DNA of 63,139 nucleotides, counting the filler, from Bdellovibrionota bacterium (GTDB taxonomy: Bacteria > Bdellovibrionota > Bdellovibrionia > Bdellovibrionales > JAEYZS01): assembly GCA_963169515.1 (NCBI GenBank). It is 7 parts of 7 records of this genome, joined end to end, with 100 filler letters (N's around TTAATTAATTAA, not from the genome) between each part and the next. Parts side by side here need not be neighbours in the genome. Positions count along the whole stretch, not along the records: positions 48,980 to 63,139 come from CAUJEF010000076.1; 6 more parts are not named here. One strand, 5' to 3'. Under the pieces are notes generated by a model that saw only the letters and a program-made list of their open reading frames with translations, made no database searches and was not told the origin of the DNA. Below, in pieces: positions 54,111 through 63,139 of this stretch; the stretch's first letter is position 1; the number at the start of each line of letters is the position of its first letter. The position numbers and the translations under genes were made by a program.

Positions 54111-57100
54111 TTAAAATCGAATCGCTCGCACCCAAGGATGCAGTGGCGGGCGAGGAGTCCCTGCGCGTTTGGCTTTCCGCAGGGTTGGACCGAGACGTCC
54201 TTTGAAATTAAAATTGTTATAAAGTGCTGCCATTCCCCAAAGCGCAGTTGCATTTTCAGGGTTGATTTTCAACGCTGTGCCAAATGCAGATTGGGCTGCT
54301 TCTAGATCATTCATAAATAAATAGTTCATTCCTTTTAATGCAATCGATGGGGCATGGTTTTTTTCAATTTCAAGAACGCGATCTAAAATCAAGATCGACA
54401 TAGGATAATCGGCGCCTTCTGTGTATGCTTGCGCAAGCTCGGTCAGAATTTCAACGCTGCGTGGTTTATCATACAATTTCTGGCGAATTTTATAAGTAGT
54501 TTCAGGTGGGTTTTGCGCGGCTTGTGCTAACACTTTTGATTCAGATTCTTCGTCTACCTGGATACTTCCGTTGGATTGGCAACCTTTTGTAAAATTTGTG
54601 AATACTTCAAACTTTTCAGAGTTATTCACACATTGTTTGAAGTAATTTCCAGCCACATCGTCGTATTGTTTTGCTTGCTGCTCGATGGCGGCACGGTATT
54701 GTTGCTGTTGTTGTCCATTGAGGCCTGCGGGCATCGGAGCTGCCTTAATAAAGTTTGCAAATTCACGATTAGCTTGTCCTATTCCGTAAAGGGCGGCAAT
54801 GGTCCAGCGCCCGTTGCCAAGATGGATCACTTGGTTCATCTGCTTTTGCAAACGATCGAGCATTTTAGTTTTTGCTTGAACCGCTTGTGCCTCTTTTCCA
54901 GCGACAAGTTGGATGCGCTTATATTCTTTCATGAACGCCATGGATACAAGATATAATGCATGTGCAGCCATGGTCTTATCTTCGAAGCTTTTACCGCCAG
55001 ACATTGCAACACGTTTTAAAATTGGATCTGCGGCTTTGATAGCGCCAGTTCGGTAAAGTGACAATCCTTCCCAATACATTGCTTTGATGCCGCCTGCTTT
55101 TCGCGCTGAAGAACGCAAACGCCCCCAGTTATTTGATAAATAATCGATGCGGGCCACGGCTGTGACATCACCCAATTTCGCATAGTTCTTTGAGGCCTGT
55201 GGCAAATCGCCCATCGTTTCGCGCATAGTGGCTGCTTGCTGTAACAGTTGCCGAGATTCAGGATCTTTTGGATATTTGCCGGAATAAATCTCAAAATAAC
55301 TTGCGGCTCGGCGGAAATCTGCTGTCAGAACTGCCATTTTTCCCATTTCAAACACTACAGACTTTGCATACTTTGAATTGGCGTGCTTAATTAAAAGCTC
55401 TTCACCAGGGACATAGGCACGCGGATCTTTTTTTGATTTTAGAGATGTAAAAGCTTCGTAAAGAGCTTGGTCGCCCAGATTTGACCCCTTATATTTTTTT
55501 GCAAAACTCAAAAGATCTTCGGCATATTTATTCGAGGTTAAATCCGCAGCATTGGTTTGAAGCTTACGGTAGTCCGCCTGTCGGCTGATTTCTTTCACAC
55601 TCGCGTAGATTGAAGGATTTAAACCTTTGATTTTAAGAATTCGGTTTCCCGCAATTGTCAAACCTGCAAAATCTTCCTTTTGATTATAGGCGTCCAAAAT
55701 TAAATCTGCGGCCAATTGTGAATTTTTTCCACGTGGAAATTTAGACAAATAACTGGTTAAGTGTTTTTCAGAATTTCTGAAATCTCGTTCGTCATAATAT
55801 GAGCGGCCTATATTAAATAATGTTTCTGGCACGGCCGGGTCTTTTGGGAAATCATTTACGTACATCATGCCCACATCACGCAGTCCGCCGCGGGCCCGCA
55901 CCAACTGTAAACGGCTTAAGCTTTCGGGATCTTTTAGCGCTTTTGTGTAAGATTCTAATGCAGAATCGAGAAAGTCTTTTTTCTTTTTGGCATCGTTTGC
56001 AGTCAAATTTGCGACGATCTCATACTCCATACCAGCAAGGACCCATTTTTTAATTTTAAAATAACTTTCTGCCAAATTTGAATGCATCAAGTATGCATAT
56101 CGGCCTTCAGGATAGACCCACAAATATTGTCGATAGGCTTGGATCGCCAGGGTGTAATCATCAAAAGAATGTGTTTCTTTTGCGCGTTCTTGCAGACGTG
56201 TAGCTCCATCCCGGGCATAAACTTCATAGTTAAACAGTGTCTTATTTAACAATGCCTCTGCTCCAGCGCGTGTTCCTGCGCACGATCCATCATCCTTGGT
56301 ATCAAGGTCTTTTTCGCTTTTTACAGCAATCTTATCTTTTTTATCTTCCTCAAATTCGTCGTCTTCGACTTTTTTCTTTTTCTTCTTAGTGATTTTTGGC
56401 TTTTCCGCTTGTTCTGGGCATTGGAAGCGGCTCAAATCTGGATTGTGTTTTACCCGATTCAAGGTTTCAGTGACAAGCTCAACAAAACCTTCAAGCGGCC
56501 ATCGTTTTTGTGTGTTTTTCATGTTGATGTAGAGATCGTCGATGGCGTCCATGCGTGTATCGAGATCTTGTGTGATTTTTACGAGTTCGTAATACACTCG
56601 TGTCGATGCGAGATAGCGCTGTTTTATGTTCAGACGACGCCCCAGCTTTGCCAGCGCTTTTTGATAGCTGACGACGTTATTGGAAAGTCGCTTGATATAT
56701 CTTACAGGATCGACACGCCATTCGCCCATTTTCATAAGTGTTGCGGGTGCGATCTCGCTATAGGGCCAAACAAGAGCGATGAGGGCGTCCCGGCGAACAT
56801 CAGTTTTTTTATAAATTTCCGGCAGCTCTTCGAGTGGAAGCTTTGAATCTTCGGTCAGAACTTTTTCAAACGAAAGAAGTGATTCTTTCCATTTGCCCTG
56901 GTTGACGTAGACCCATCCCATTTTGTAGCGCGCAAGAGCTTTAAATGGGCTTTCTTTTACGTTTAATATTTTTCCATAAACTTGTAATGCGTAATCATAG
57001 TCCTTTTTTTCTTCAAATGAATAGTTACCAAGGATCAGCTGAGCTTCAGCCCAAAACGGACTATTAGGGTATTGACCAGTCAGTTTTAAATAAACTTTCA

Positions 57101-57521
57101 CCATTTCTTCGAGTTGGCCCAGTTCACGATACTCGTGGGCCATAAAAAACATGGCCTTATCTCTTTGTTTGAAATTTGGAAATTTGTCGATCAGCTTCTG
57201 ATAGGTTTCAATGGCAAAGTTTTTTGGTCGTTTTTCATTGGCAAAGTCGATTTCTTCCATCGGAACGTCGCTGTTGCGTATGCGTTTGATGGAATACATA
57301 TAGCGTGCTTTGTCTACGTATAATTCCGCTAAAACCATGTAAAGATCTGGCAAAAAAGTAGCGTCGTTGATCGTTTTCAACTTACGTTGGGTTGTTTCAA
57401 TCGAGGCATTAATTTTTCTTAAATCTTGCTCCAGTTCGGCCAGGCTTTTTTGCCTTAACACCTGAGCAAAGCCACTGGAAGACACAAAGATAAGGATGAT
57501 GAATACAAATTTCTTCATCAT
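54111..57521 (-). CDS. Large secreted TPR protein (GltD/AgmU-like)
   Basis: Signal peptide, many YP/FP-type TPR repeats, RWTIAALY...APMPAGL motif. Confidence 0.82.
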   Translation of the reverse strand: MMKKFVFIILIFVSSSGFAQVLRQKSLAELEQDLRKINASIETTQRKLKTINDATFLPDLYMVLAELYVDKARYMYSIKRIRNSDVPMEEIDFANEKRPKNFAIETYQKLIDKFPNFKQRDKAMFFMAHEYRELGQLEEMVKVYLKLTGQYPNSPFWAEAQLILGNYSFEEKKDYDYALQVYGKILNVKESPFKALARYKMGWVYVNQGKWKESLLSFEKVLTEDSKLPLEELPEIYKKTDVRRDALIALVWPYSEIAPATLMKMGEWRVDPVRYIKRLSNNVVSYQKALAKLGRRLNIKQRYLASTRVYYELVKITQDLDTRMDAIDDLYINMKNTQKRWPLEGFVELVTETLNRVKHNPDLSRFQCPEQAEKPKITKKKKKKVEDDEFEEDKKDKIAVKSEKDLDTKDDGSCAGTRAGAEALLNKTLFNYEVYARDGATRLQERAKETHSFDDYTLAIQAYRQYLWVYPEGRYAYLMHSNLAESYFKIKKWVLAGMEYEIVANLTANDAKKKKDFLDSALESYTKALKDPESLSRLQLVRARGGLRDVGMMYVNDFPKDPAVPETLFNIGRSYYDERDFRNSEKHLTSYLSKFPRGKNSQLAADLILDAYNQKEDFAGLTIAGNRILKIKGLNPSIYASVKEISRQADYRKLQTNAADLTSNKYAEDLLSFAKKYKGSNLGDQALYEAFTSLKSKKDPRAYVPGEELLIKHANSKYAKSVVFEMGKMAVLTADFRRAASYFEIYSGKYPKDPESRQLLQQAATMRETMGDLPQASKNYAKLGDVTAVARIDYLSNNWGRLRSSARKAGGIKAMYWEGLSLYRTGAIKAADPILKRVAMSGGKSFEDKTMAAHALYLVSMAFMKEYKRIQLVAGKEAQAVQAKTKMLDRLQKQMNQVIHLGNGRWTIAALYGIGQANREFANFIKAAPMPAGLNGQQQQQYRAAIEQQAKQYDDVAGNYFKQCVNNSEKFEVFTNFTKGCQSNGSIQVDEESESKVLAQAAQNPPETTYKIRQKLYDKPRSVEILTELAQAYTEGADYPMSILILDRVLEIEKNHAPSIALKGMNYLFMNDLEAAQSAFGTALKINPENATALWGMAALYNNFNFKGRLGPTLRKAKRAGTPRPPLHPWVRAIRF

Positions 57522-59125
57522 TCAAATTCCTCGCCAAATTTTTTGATTAGATCACGATTCGTTGGTGGGGAAGGTAGCGAGCCGTCGCATTTACTGTCGA
57601 TTAGAATTTTGAGATCGTCAATTTCATCCATCCAAAATTCATCAACAACGGGCCAGTAGATTTTATCAAATTTGACAAAGGAAATACGCTCTGATTTGTA
57701 GTTGCGTTCTTCGCCTTTTGGAACAACCCGAAGCGCATCAAGGCGTGCAGTGTAGTCCAGGAATTTAACTTGTTCTTCAACATCAAGTACAAGATCGGCA
57801 ACGTCATTCATCCTTTCATCAATTTGGAGATACAACCGTTGCTGTAGCTCTCGGTCTTTTGACGCGTATGCGGCCATGATGTCTTTAAATCCAACGTAGG
57901 CATCAATGTCGAACTCTTTTATTTCATCATATTCAGTACGCAATTGGGTAATCAGATTTGCTGTATACTGAAGTTTCAGATCAAGCATAGCCATAGCTGA
58001 AAGTACAGGATCTGTTTTGAGCTCTTTCCGTTTTCGGATCAATTCAATAGAGGGGCCAAATTTTTTGGCGAATTCGTTAGCGGTTTTGCTGACCTCTTCA
58101 AAATAACAGAGCTGCTTGTATATAATCATTTCAAGAATATAACGCTCCGGCTGAATCGATGGATCAAACATTGGGGCCTTGAGACCTTTCAAAATTCCGA
58201 GGGCTTTTGAGTAGTCTTGCAGATAATATTTTGTCCAGGCAAATTCTAATAAAACGCGTCCCTTTTCACGGAGTGGGAATTCGGATTTCAGCGCTTCATA
58301 ATATTGGGCTGCGCGGCCGTATTCTTTCTTCTCGAAATTGAGTCGAGCAATTTGAAGATTTGCTAAATTTTTCAGGTTGCTGTCAGCGTTGGGGCTATTC
58401 GCGATATTTGTAAGTCTAATTTCTGCAGAATCGACCAAGCCCCGAGCCACTTCGGCCAACGATTTGTAATAATTTACTTTTTGTCCCCAGTAAGAATTAT
58501 CTTGAATCAAATTGAATTCACGTGCTGCCCATTCGCGATAGCCGTTAACAAGGTCATAAAACCCAACATGAAAGCTGATGAAATTCTGTATTTCAGGATG
58601 AACAATTCCGAACTCGTTACTGACCAGCAGATCGTCGCCAATTTCCAGTTTATCGTAGCCGTTATTTTGTGCAATAATGCTTAGCTCTTGAATCGCTTTT
58701 TGCGAAACCATTGAGCCCAGACGTTTTTTTATGATATTTGAAAAGACTTTTGTAGCGGCAAAATAGAGCTTCAGATTTCTTAAGCCCATTCCAACGGCAA
58801 GGTGTCCTTCCCAAGACTCTTCAGAGTCTTCGCCAAAATTTTTGATCTGTTTCGCACCTCGCACAATGAGTGATGCATAGTTTTCCGTCGAGAGATCGTC
58901 TTCGACAGTTTTCCAAAAGTCGGAATCGATGGACTCGTATCTAAATGGGGTTTGCTTTTTATCCTTCTGCGAAGGATCGATGAGCGTTGTATTTTGTGGG
59001 GCGACGTTTTCTTTTAGCTCAGAGACTGCATTGGTTTGCGCACGCGTGCTTTGCAATGCGCTGCTTGTAAGTGCAAGCACGACGGCAGCAGCGGGCCAAG
59101 TTCTAAAATTAGAACGATTTTTCAA
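57518..59125 (-). CDS. Secreted TPR protein (GltC-like)
   Basis: TTG 59125 with RBS GAGGGGG; LEFAW, PERY..IY..LC, YWP..DEFW.DE...SKC C-terminal motif. Confidence 0.75.
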   Translation of the reverse strand: MKNRSNFRTWPAAAVVLALTSSALQSTRAQTNAVSELKENVAPQNTTLIDPSQKDKKQTPFRYESIDSDFWKTVEDDLSTENYASLIVRGAKQIKNFGEDSEESWEGHLAVGMGLRNLKLYFAATKVFSNIIKKRLGSMVSQKAIQELSIIAQNNGYDKLEIGDDLLVSNEFGIVHPEIQNFISFHVGFYDLVNGYREWAAREFNLIQDNSYWGQKVNYYKSLAEVARGLVDSAEIRLTNIANSPNADSNLKNLANLQIARLNFEKKEYGRAAQYYEALKSEFPLREKGRVLLEFAWTKYYLQDYSKALGILKGLKAPMFDPSIQPERYILEMIIYKQLCYFEEVSKTANEFAKKFGPSIELIRKRKELKTDPVLSAMAMLDLKLQYTANLITQLRTEYDEIKEFDIDAYVGFKDIMAAYASKDRELQQRLYLQIDERMNDVADLVLDVEEQVKFLDYTARLDALRVVPKGEERNYKSERISFVKFDKIYWPVVDEFWMDEIDDLKILIDSKCDGSLPSPPTNRDLIKKFGEEFE

Positions 59126-59828
59126 GGTCGTCCCCCTCAATTGGTGAAGTCGAAGCTTCAGGGGCTTTGGCATCACCGAGTTGGAGTGTATAACCCAGGC
59201 CAATATAGAGGACTGCTTGAACCCCATCTGCGCCGCCGACAAATGCAATATGTTCACGAATGTCGAGCTTTAAAGACGTGCTTTCGGATAAAAAATAGCG
59301 CAAATTCAAACCACCTGAAATAATCGGGGTCAGCCCTGGATCATCGGCATCCACGCCCGTATTTCGGCTATAGTACGCAGCGCCTGCGCCGGCTAAAAAA
59401 GATGTTTCCCCCCAAACTACGGTTTTGTTAAAGAGTAAGCTCTTATTGTAAAATGGGGTATAAACGATGCTTGAGGTGACGTAGTACTTTGGAAAGGCAG
59501 GGACCATTGTCGGTTGCACGCCAAAACCTTGCAATTGATTTTTTAAGTCCGTTTCCATGCCGACAACGTAATTTGCACTTAAAACTTCCCATGCCGTAAA
59601 ATCACTGAAGTAGTGTGTGTATGATCCACCCAACACTAAACCTTTGGTGAAAGAATCGGTCGGCATATAACCAAGATTGAAGGTGAGTCCCTTGTTCAGA
59701 AAGTATTTTCGATTTTGAACGGCTACGACTTTTGGAACGTCAAAGATATCGGTCTTCTTTTCATCTGCGGCAGAAACGATTGAACAAAAAAGTCCAACTG
59801 CCACAAAGGATGCGAGTTTTCTTGTCAT
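59109..59828 (-). CDS. Outer-membrane beta-barrel protein (GltA/B-like)
   Basis: Signal peptide, VAVQNRKY, YTPFYNK, LRYFL...LKLDIR. Confidence 0.8.
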   Translation of the reverse strand: MTRKLASFVAVGLFCSIVSAADEKKTDIFDVPKVVAVQNRKYFLNKGLTFNLGYMPTDSFTKGLVLGGSYTHYFSDFTAWEVLSANYVVGMETDLKNQLQGFGVQPTMVPAFPKYYVTSSIVYTPFYNKSLLFNKTVVWGETSFLAGAGAAYYSRNTGVDADDPGLTPIISGGLNLRYFLSESTSLKLDIREHIAFVGGADGVQAVLYIGLGYTLQLGDAKAPEASTSPIEGDDLEKSF

Positions 59829-60039
59829 GCTTTATCCTTAAAGTCGCTTTGGCGACACCCTTCAAAAAAATTTTTGTCTTCGTAAATTAGAAGGTGTTTT
59901 TTGAGGATTGTCCAAAGAAATCCATGGATTAGACCTTCTTAAAGGGTGTTTGACTTTAGCTGTCCACTTTAAGTATTTCAGATAACTCAGCTTAATTTTT
60001 GAATAATTATCACGGCACCACAAAAAATAGGCATATCTT

Positions 60040-60054
60040 TGGCTTTATTATTGC
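60040..60054 (+). promoter_or_regulatory. Putative sigma-54 promoter
   Basis: TGGCTTTATTATTGC matches TGGC-N7-TTGC, about 50 nt upstream of ATG 60104. Confidence 0.55.
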
Positions 60055-60103
60055 TTTACAGTCTTGGGGAAACTCTGGTCTTGAAACTGTAATGAAGAGG
60101 GCA

Positions 60104-61033
60104 ATGAAATATTGTAATTTTCTCCCGGCGGCGGGCCTATTTACGGCGTTACTTTTACATGGAGCACTGGTCTTTGCAGACGATGCGATTTTACGAATTT
60201 CTTTTATCGATAATGAAGCCTTCGTTAGCAACCATATAGCTCGGCAGAATGAATATTTAAAACAATACTATGCTAACCGAAAACTGATTCAAGTATCGAT
60301 TCCCGACGATGGCCATATTGATGCCGATGTTGTTCGCTCTAAAATACTCGAACAGTTGGGACTTGCGGACCGAATTCGATTGTTGATTATTGACACCCAC
60401 GGCTCAACCAAAACCGTTGGGGTAGAAAAACTTACGTCTCTTTCATATATTGGACAGATTTTTGAATCCGCAGTTGATGATCAGGTGCAAGACATTTTTA
60501 ATCCAATTCGGGGACAGGTCTCATCTGATGTGCGTATTGTATTGAATTCGTGCAATGTTTTTTGTGGCTCAAAAGAATCGGCGGAGGCACGGGCTGAAAG
60601 TTTATTAAGGTATTTCAACGCACCGGATGGATCTATCTATGGGGCGGTTGTCCCTTCGGTGTCGATCCCCTCGTCCTATTTGACAAAGGATTTTATTCCA
60701 TCAAGAGATGCCTTTCTCGATTCATTGTCATTGTGGGGCGCTATCACTTTGGTAGGTGCTGCAATTACCCTTCCTTTTGAAGTTTTTGGATATCAACTCA
60801 GCCCGAACCCGGCAGCGGTTGCCTCATTGGTTACTTTGGCGTCGCCTGCAATTACGGTCGGAAAAGGCTTATTGCAGCCCCTCTTAAAAAAGTTAGGAAC
60901 GGACTTGGGTCTTATTAACAAGGGTTATTTGTTCGAATACCAAGGTGGTCGACTCCGATCATCCAATTTAGTGAATTCCATTCGGGAGCTCAATCGAATA
61001 TACGGAATTAATTTCTGCCAGGACCTATTTTAA
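60104..61033 (+). CDS. Secreted/membrane hypothetical protein
   Basis: Signal-like N-terminus; IIDTHG and VLNSC motifs (His/Cys dyad reminiscent of caspase-fold proteins); two hydrophobic helices. Confidence 0.7.
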   Translation: MKYCNFLPAAGLFTALLLHGALVFADDAILRISFIDNEAFVSNHIARQNEYLKQYYANRKLIQVSIPDDGHIDADVVRSKILEQLGLADRIRLLIIDTHGSTKTVGVEKLTSLSYIGQIFESAVDDQVQDIFNPIRGQVSSDVRIVLNSCNVFCGSKESAEARAESLLRYFNAPDGSIYGAVVPSVSIPSSYLTKDFIPSRDAFLDSLSLWGAITLVGAAITLPFEVFGYQLSPNPAAVASLVTLASPAITVGKGLLQPLLKKLGTDLGLINKGYLFEYQGGRLRSSNLVNSIRELNRIYGINFCQDLF

Positions 61034-61065
61034 TTCTGAACTCTGAAGGCAGGTAGACCAGTTAT

Positions 61066-61602
61066 TCAAAGAATAAGCTTCCGTAGCTCTGTTTGTGAAT
61101 AGACATAGTCAGCATAAATCATGGTGTTCATCACATTGCGGTGGCCCAGAGCGACCTGGACCAAGCGAATATCTTTTGTTTTTTTATAAAGCTGAATTGC
61201 AAAGGTGTGTCTTAAAGCGTGGAGTTTTTTTGGGATAGGGCGGTAGTGTTCCCATATCTGGCGCAAGCGGTTGTAGGTAATGGGGAACAGGGTTTCATCG
61301 GGAACAGTTTCAGCATACTGAGTTAGTTTTTTAAATAAAAGCGAGGGGATTGGAATTTCCCGATCGTTGCTGCCTTTTAGGCCATGAATCAAAATCGATT
61401 CTTCGTAAGGGTTTAAGCTCGATTTTTTCAAATTTAAAATTTCTTGTGCGCGCGCTCCTGTTTTTAATGCACGTAGCAGAGCCTGACAGTTTCGCGGTTC
61501 TGATTCTATGAAGTCGTCGAGGATTTTTTCGAGACGATCCAATTCATACGGTAAAAGATATTTATTTTTATTCAGAGAATATCTTTGTTGTTGTTGGGCC
61601 AT
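61066..61602 (-). CDS. Minimal tyrosine recombinase (catalytic domain only)
   Basis: TGARAQE (R), LKGS (K), HALRH (HxxR), LGH, TMIY (Y). Confidence 0.92.
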   Translation of the reverse strand: MAQQQQRYSLNKNKYLLPYELDRLEKILDDFIESEPRNCQALLRALKTGARAQEILNLKKSSLNPYEESILIHGLKGSNDREIPIPSLLFKKLTQYAETVPDETLFPITYNRLRQIWEHYRPIPKKLHALRHTFAIQLYKKTKDIRLVQVALGHRNVMNTMIYADYVYSQTELRKLIL

Positions 61603-61746
61603 GAGTGTCCTTTGTTTGTTGCGAATCCAATTTTAATTGTTCTGCATCAAGCGCGCGAGTTCAAAACTCAGCTTGCTAATACATTGAGCATACAGACGTT
61701 ATATTGAAATTGTCGCTAAATTAATTAGTAATTACAACATTTTAAT

Positions 61747-61774
61747 ACTGTGACTTATAACTAAAAGTCACAGT
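61747..61774. promoter_or_regulatory. Palindromic site: 10-bp arms around an 8-bp spacer
   Basis: ACTGTGACTT-ATAACTAA-AAGTCACAGT between the divergent recombinase and HTH genes. Confidence 0.6.
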
Positions 61775-61961
61775 TCGCTTTGAAAATCAGCAGACTTAAG
61801 GCAGCGACAAGAAAATCTTCAATATTTTTAATGCGTTGGAAGATTAAATTTTAAAATTCTAATTTATAAATAAAATAAATTGTGAAATACAAGATTTGAT
61901 GTTGTGATTTACATATCATAAACATTTAAAACACAATGTTTGAACATGGGGGGATATTTAA

Positions 61962-62615
61962 ATGGAAAAATCAAAGATTTTGATGCCTGCGGCGACCGAT
62001 GGTTTTTCGAATGAGGTTGAACCCACATTACCACGCACACTGCGTGAACAATATCTTTTGGAAAAAGAACGAATCAAATACGAAATCGGGGATCTGGAAC
62101 AAATCCGCATTTCATTGGGCTACAGCCAACGGCGCATGTGTCAATTGCTGTTAGTTGATCCATCGGCATGGACACGTTGGACCAAGACACTGGCAGGTGC
62201 ACCTCCACATGTGTATCAATCTTTAAGATGGCTTGTAGAACTAAAAAACATCAACCCGGATGCCGTTGCCCCCAATAACATAGCTAAGCGCATGGATTTT
62301 GTTCAAAGGTCGACCCATGATCAATTGAAAGCTCTAAAATCAGACATTGCGGCGCTAGAGCGGGCAGTGGCTCTAACATCAAATCAACCCGCATCGGATT
62401 TTGTGGTAGAAAGTATTTTGCGAATACAGGAGTCGAAGTGGGAAGAAAAATTCGCTCTACTAAAAGCAAAATTAGATGCACTATTATCGTCGTCGCGGAA
62501 TAAGCCTAGAAAAAATAAAAAAAGAACGAAAAAAATATATCGTAAGAAAAAAAATGGGCGTAAAGCAAAGAAAAAAACAAAGCAAAAAACTAAAAAGCGA
62601 AAATTCAAAAAGTGA
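61962..62615 (+). CDS. XRE-like HTH protein with coiled coil and Lys/Arg-rich tail
   Basis: LEQIRISLGYSQRRMCQLLLVDPSAWTRW; tail RNKPRKNKKRTKK...KRKFKK. Confidence 0.7.
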   Translation: MEKSKILMPAATDGFSNEVEPTLPRTLREQYLLEKERIKYEIGDLEQIRISLGYSQRRMCQLLLVDPSAWTRWTKTLAGAPPHVYQSLRWLVELKNINPDAVAPNNIAKRMDFVQRSTHDQLKALKSDIAALERAVALTSNQPASDFVVESILRIQESKWEEKFALLKAKLDALLSSSRNKPRKNKKRTKKIYRKKKNGRKAKKKTKQKTKKRKFKK

Positions 62616-62628
62616 ACTTAGTTTTGCT

Positions 62629-63139
62629 TTATGGCATACCGCAAATTCCAGCATCGTTAGGTACATCGATTGGAACAGCGTCCTGGGCGCCTACTTTTGC
62701 CCCGATGGGGCCCATAGTGCTCGAGAGTGTCAGAGTACCAGAGTGAGCAGACCGATCACAGGTGCGGACCTCGACAACGCCGGCTCCACCGACACCACTT
62801 TGGGCCGTCACCCCATTGCCACCATTGGCATTAACTGTGAATGTACCTGCGCCTAACACGTTTTTGGCATATATCAAAACATTACCACCGGCACCGCCAC
62901 CACTAGCAAAACTTCCAGAGGTACCGTTGCCCCCATTTGAATCTATAAGTAAACTTCCACCAGTAAGATTGATATTTTTTGCCAGTAAAATAACAACACC
63001 GCCGCCATTGCCGCCTTGAGTAGACATTCCGCCGCCGCCGCCACTGCCCATCATCATTTTTTCAGAAGGCCTGCACGGAATTACAGAGCACCATGTGACA
63101 GCCGCTCCTCTCGAGCCCGCAACAGTGCCATCGCCTCCG
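62629..63139 (-). CDS. C-terminus of a glycine-rich surface/adhesin-like protein (runs off window end)
   Basis: Frame open to 63139; GSGGGGG..GGNGGGVVIL..NGGNG..SGGGAGGNVLI repeats. Confidence 0.8.
   Translation of the reverse strand, partial: GGDGTVAGSRGAAVTWCSVIPCRPSEKMMMGSGGGGGMSTQGGNGGGVVILLAKNINLTGGSLLIDSNGGNGTSGSFASGGGAGGNVLIYAKNVLGAGTFTVNANGGNGVTAQSGVGGAGVVEVRTCDRSAHSGTLTLSSTMGPIGAKVGAQDAVPIDVPNDAGICGMP

Noticed and set aside
59126..59257. N-terminal extension of the 579-aa ORF
   Set aside because: Overlaps the barrel gene; TTG 59125 has a good RBS and precedes a signal peptide

Overview
This window is seven assembly contigs (1-4027, 4128-12870, 12971-22985, 23086-28380, 28481-45928, 46029-48879, 48980-63139) joined by artificial N...TTAATTAATTAA...N linkers, so adjacency across a linker means nothing. 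Gene content points to a Bdellovibrionales-like predatory bacterium: recR-mglA without mglB, pilBTC-pilSR-pilA, Agl/Glt-like gliding clusters and FliA-type promoters. Most of the window is core genome (dnaA-rpmH-rnpA-yidD-yidC-jag-mnmE, ffs-dnaX-ybaB-recR, polA, engB-kdsB-pyrG-kdsD, hutHUI, glpK, LPS genes, ribF). The most striking unexplained element is a ~390-nt non-coding segment (46399-46791). By hand it folds into about nine G-U-rich helices with 5'/3' closure and a possible pseudoknot, and it lies on a small mobile-looking contig with a trypsin-like protease, a 5'-truncated serine recombinase and an ISL3 fragment. Other oddities are a RAYT-like Y1 transposase with REP-like palindromes, a minimal tyrosine recombinase/HTH pair with a core-type palindrome, a cytochrome-c-like protein lacking CxxCH and a compact Agl-Glt-like operon. 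All folding and motif calls were made by eye; no database searches were run.
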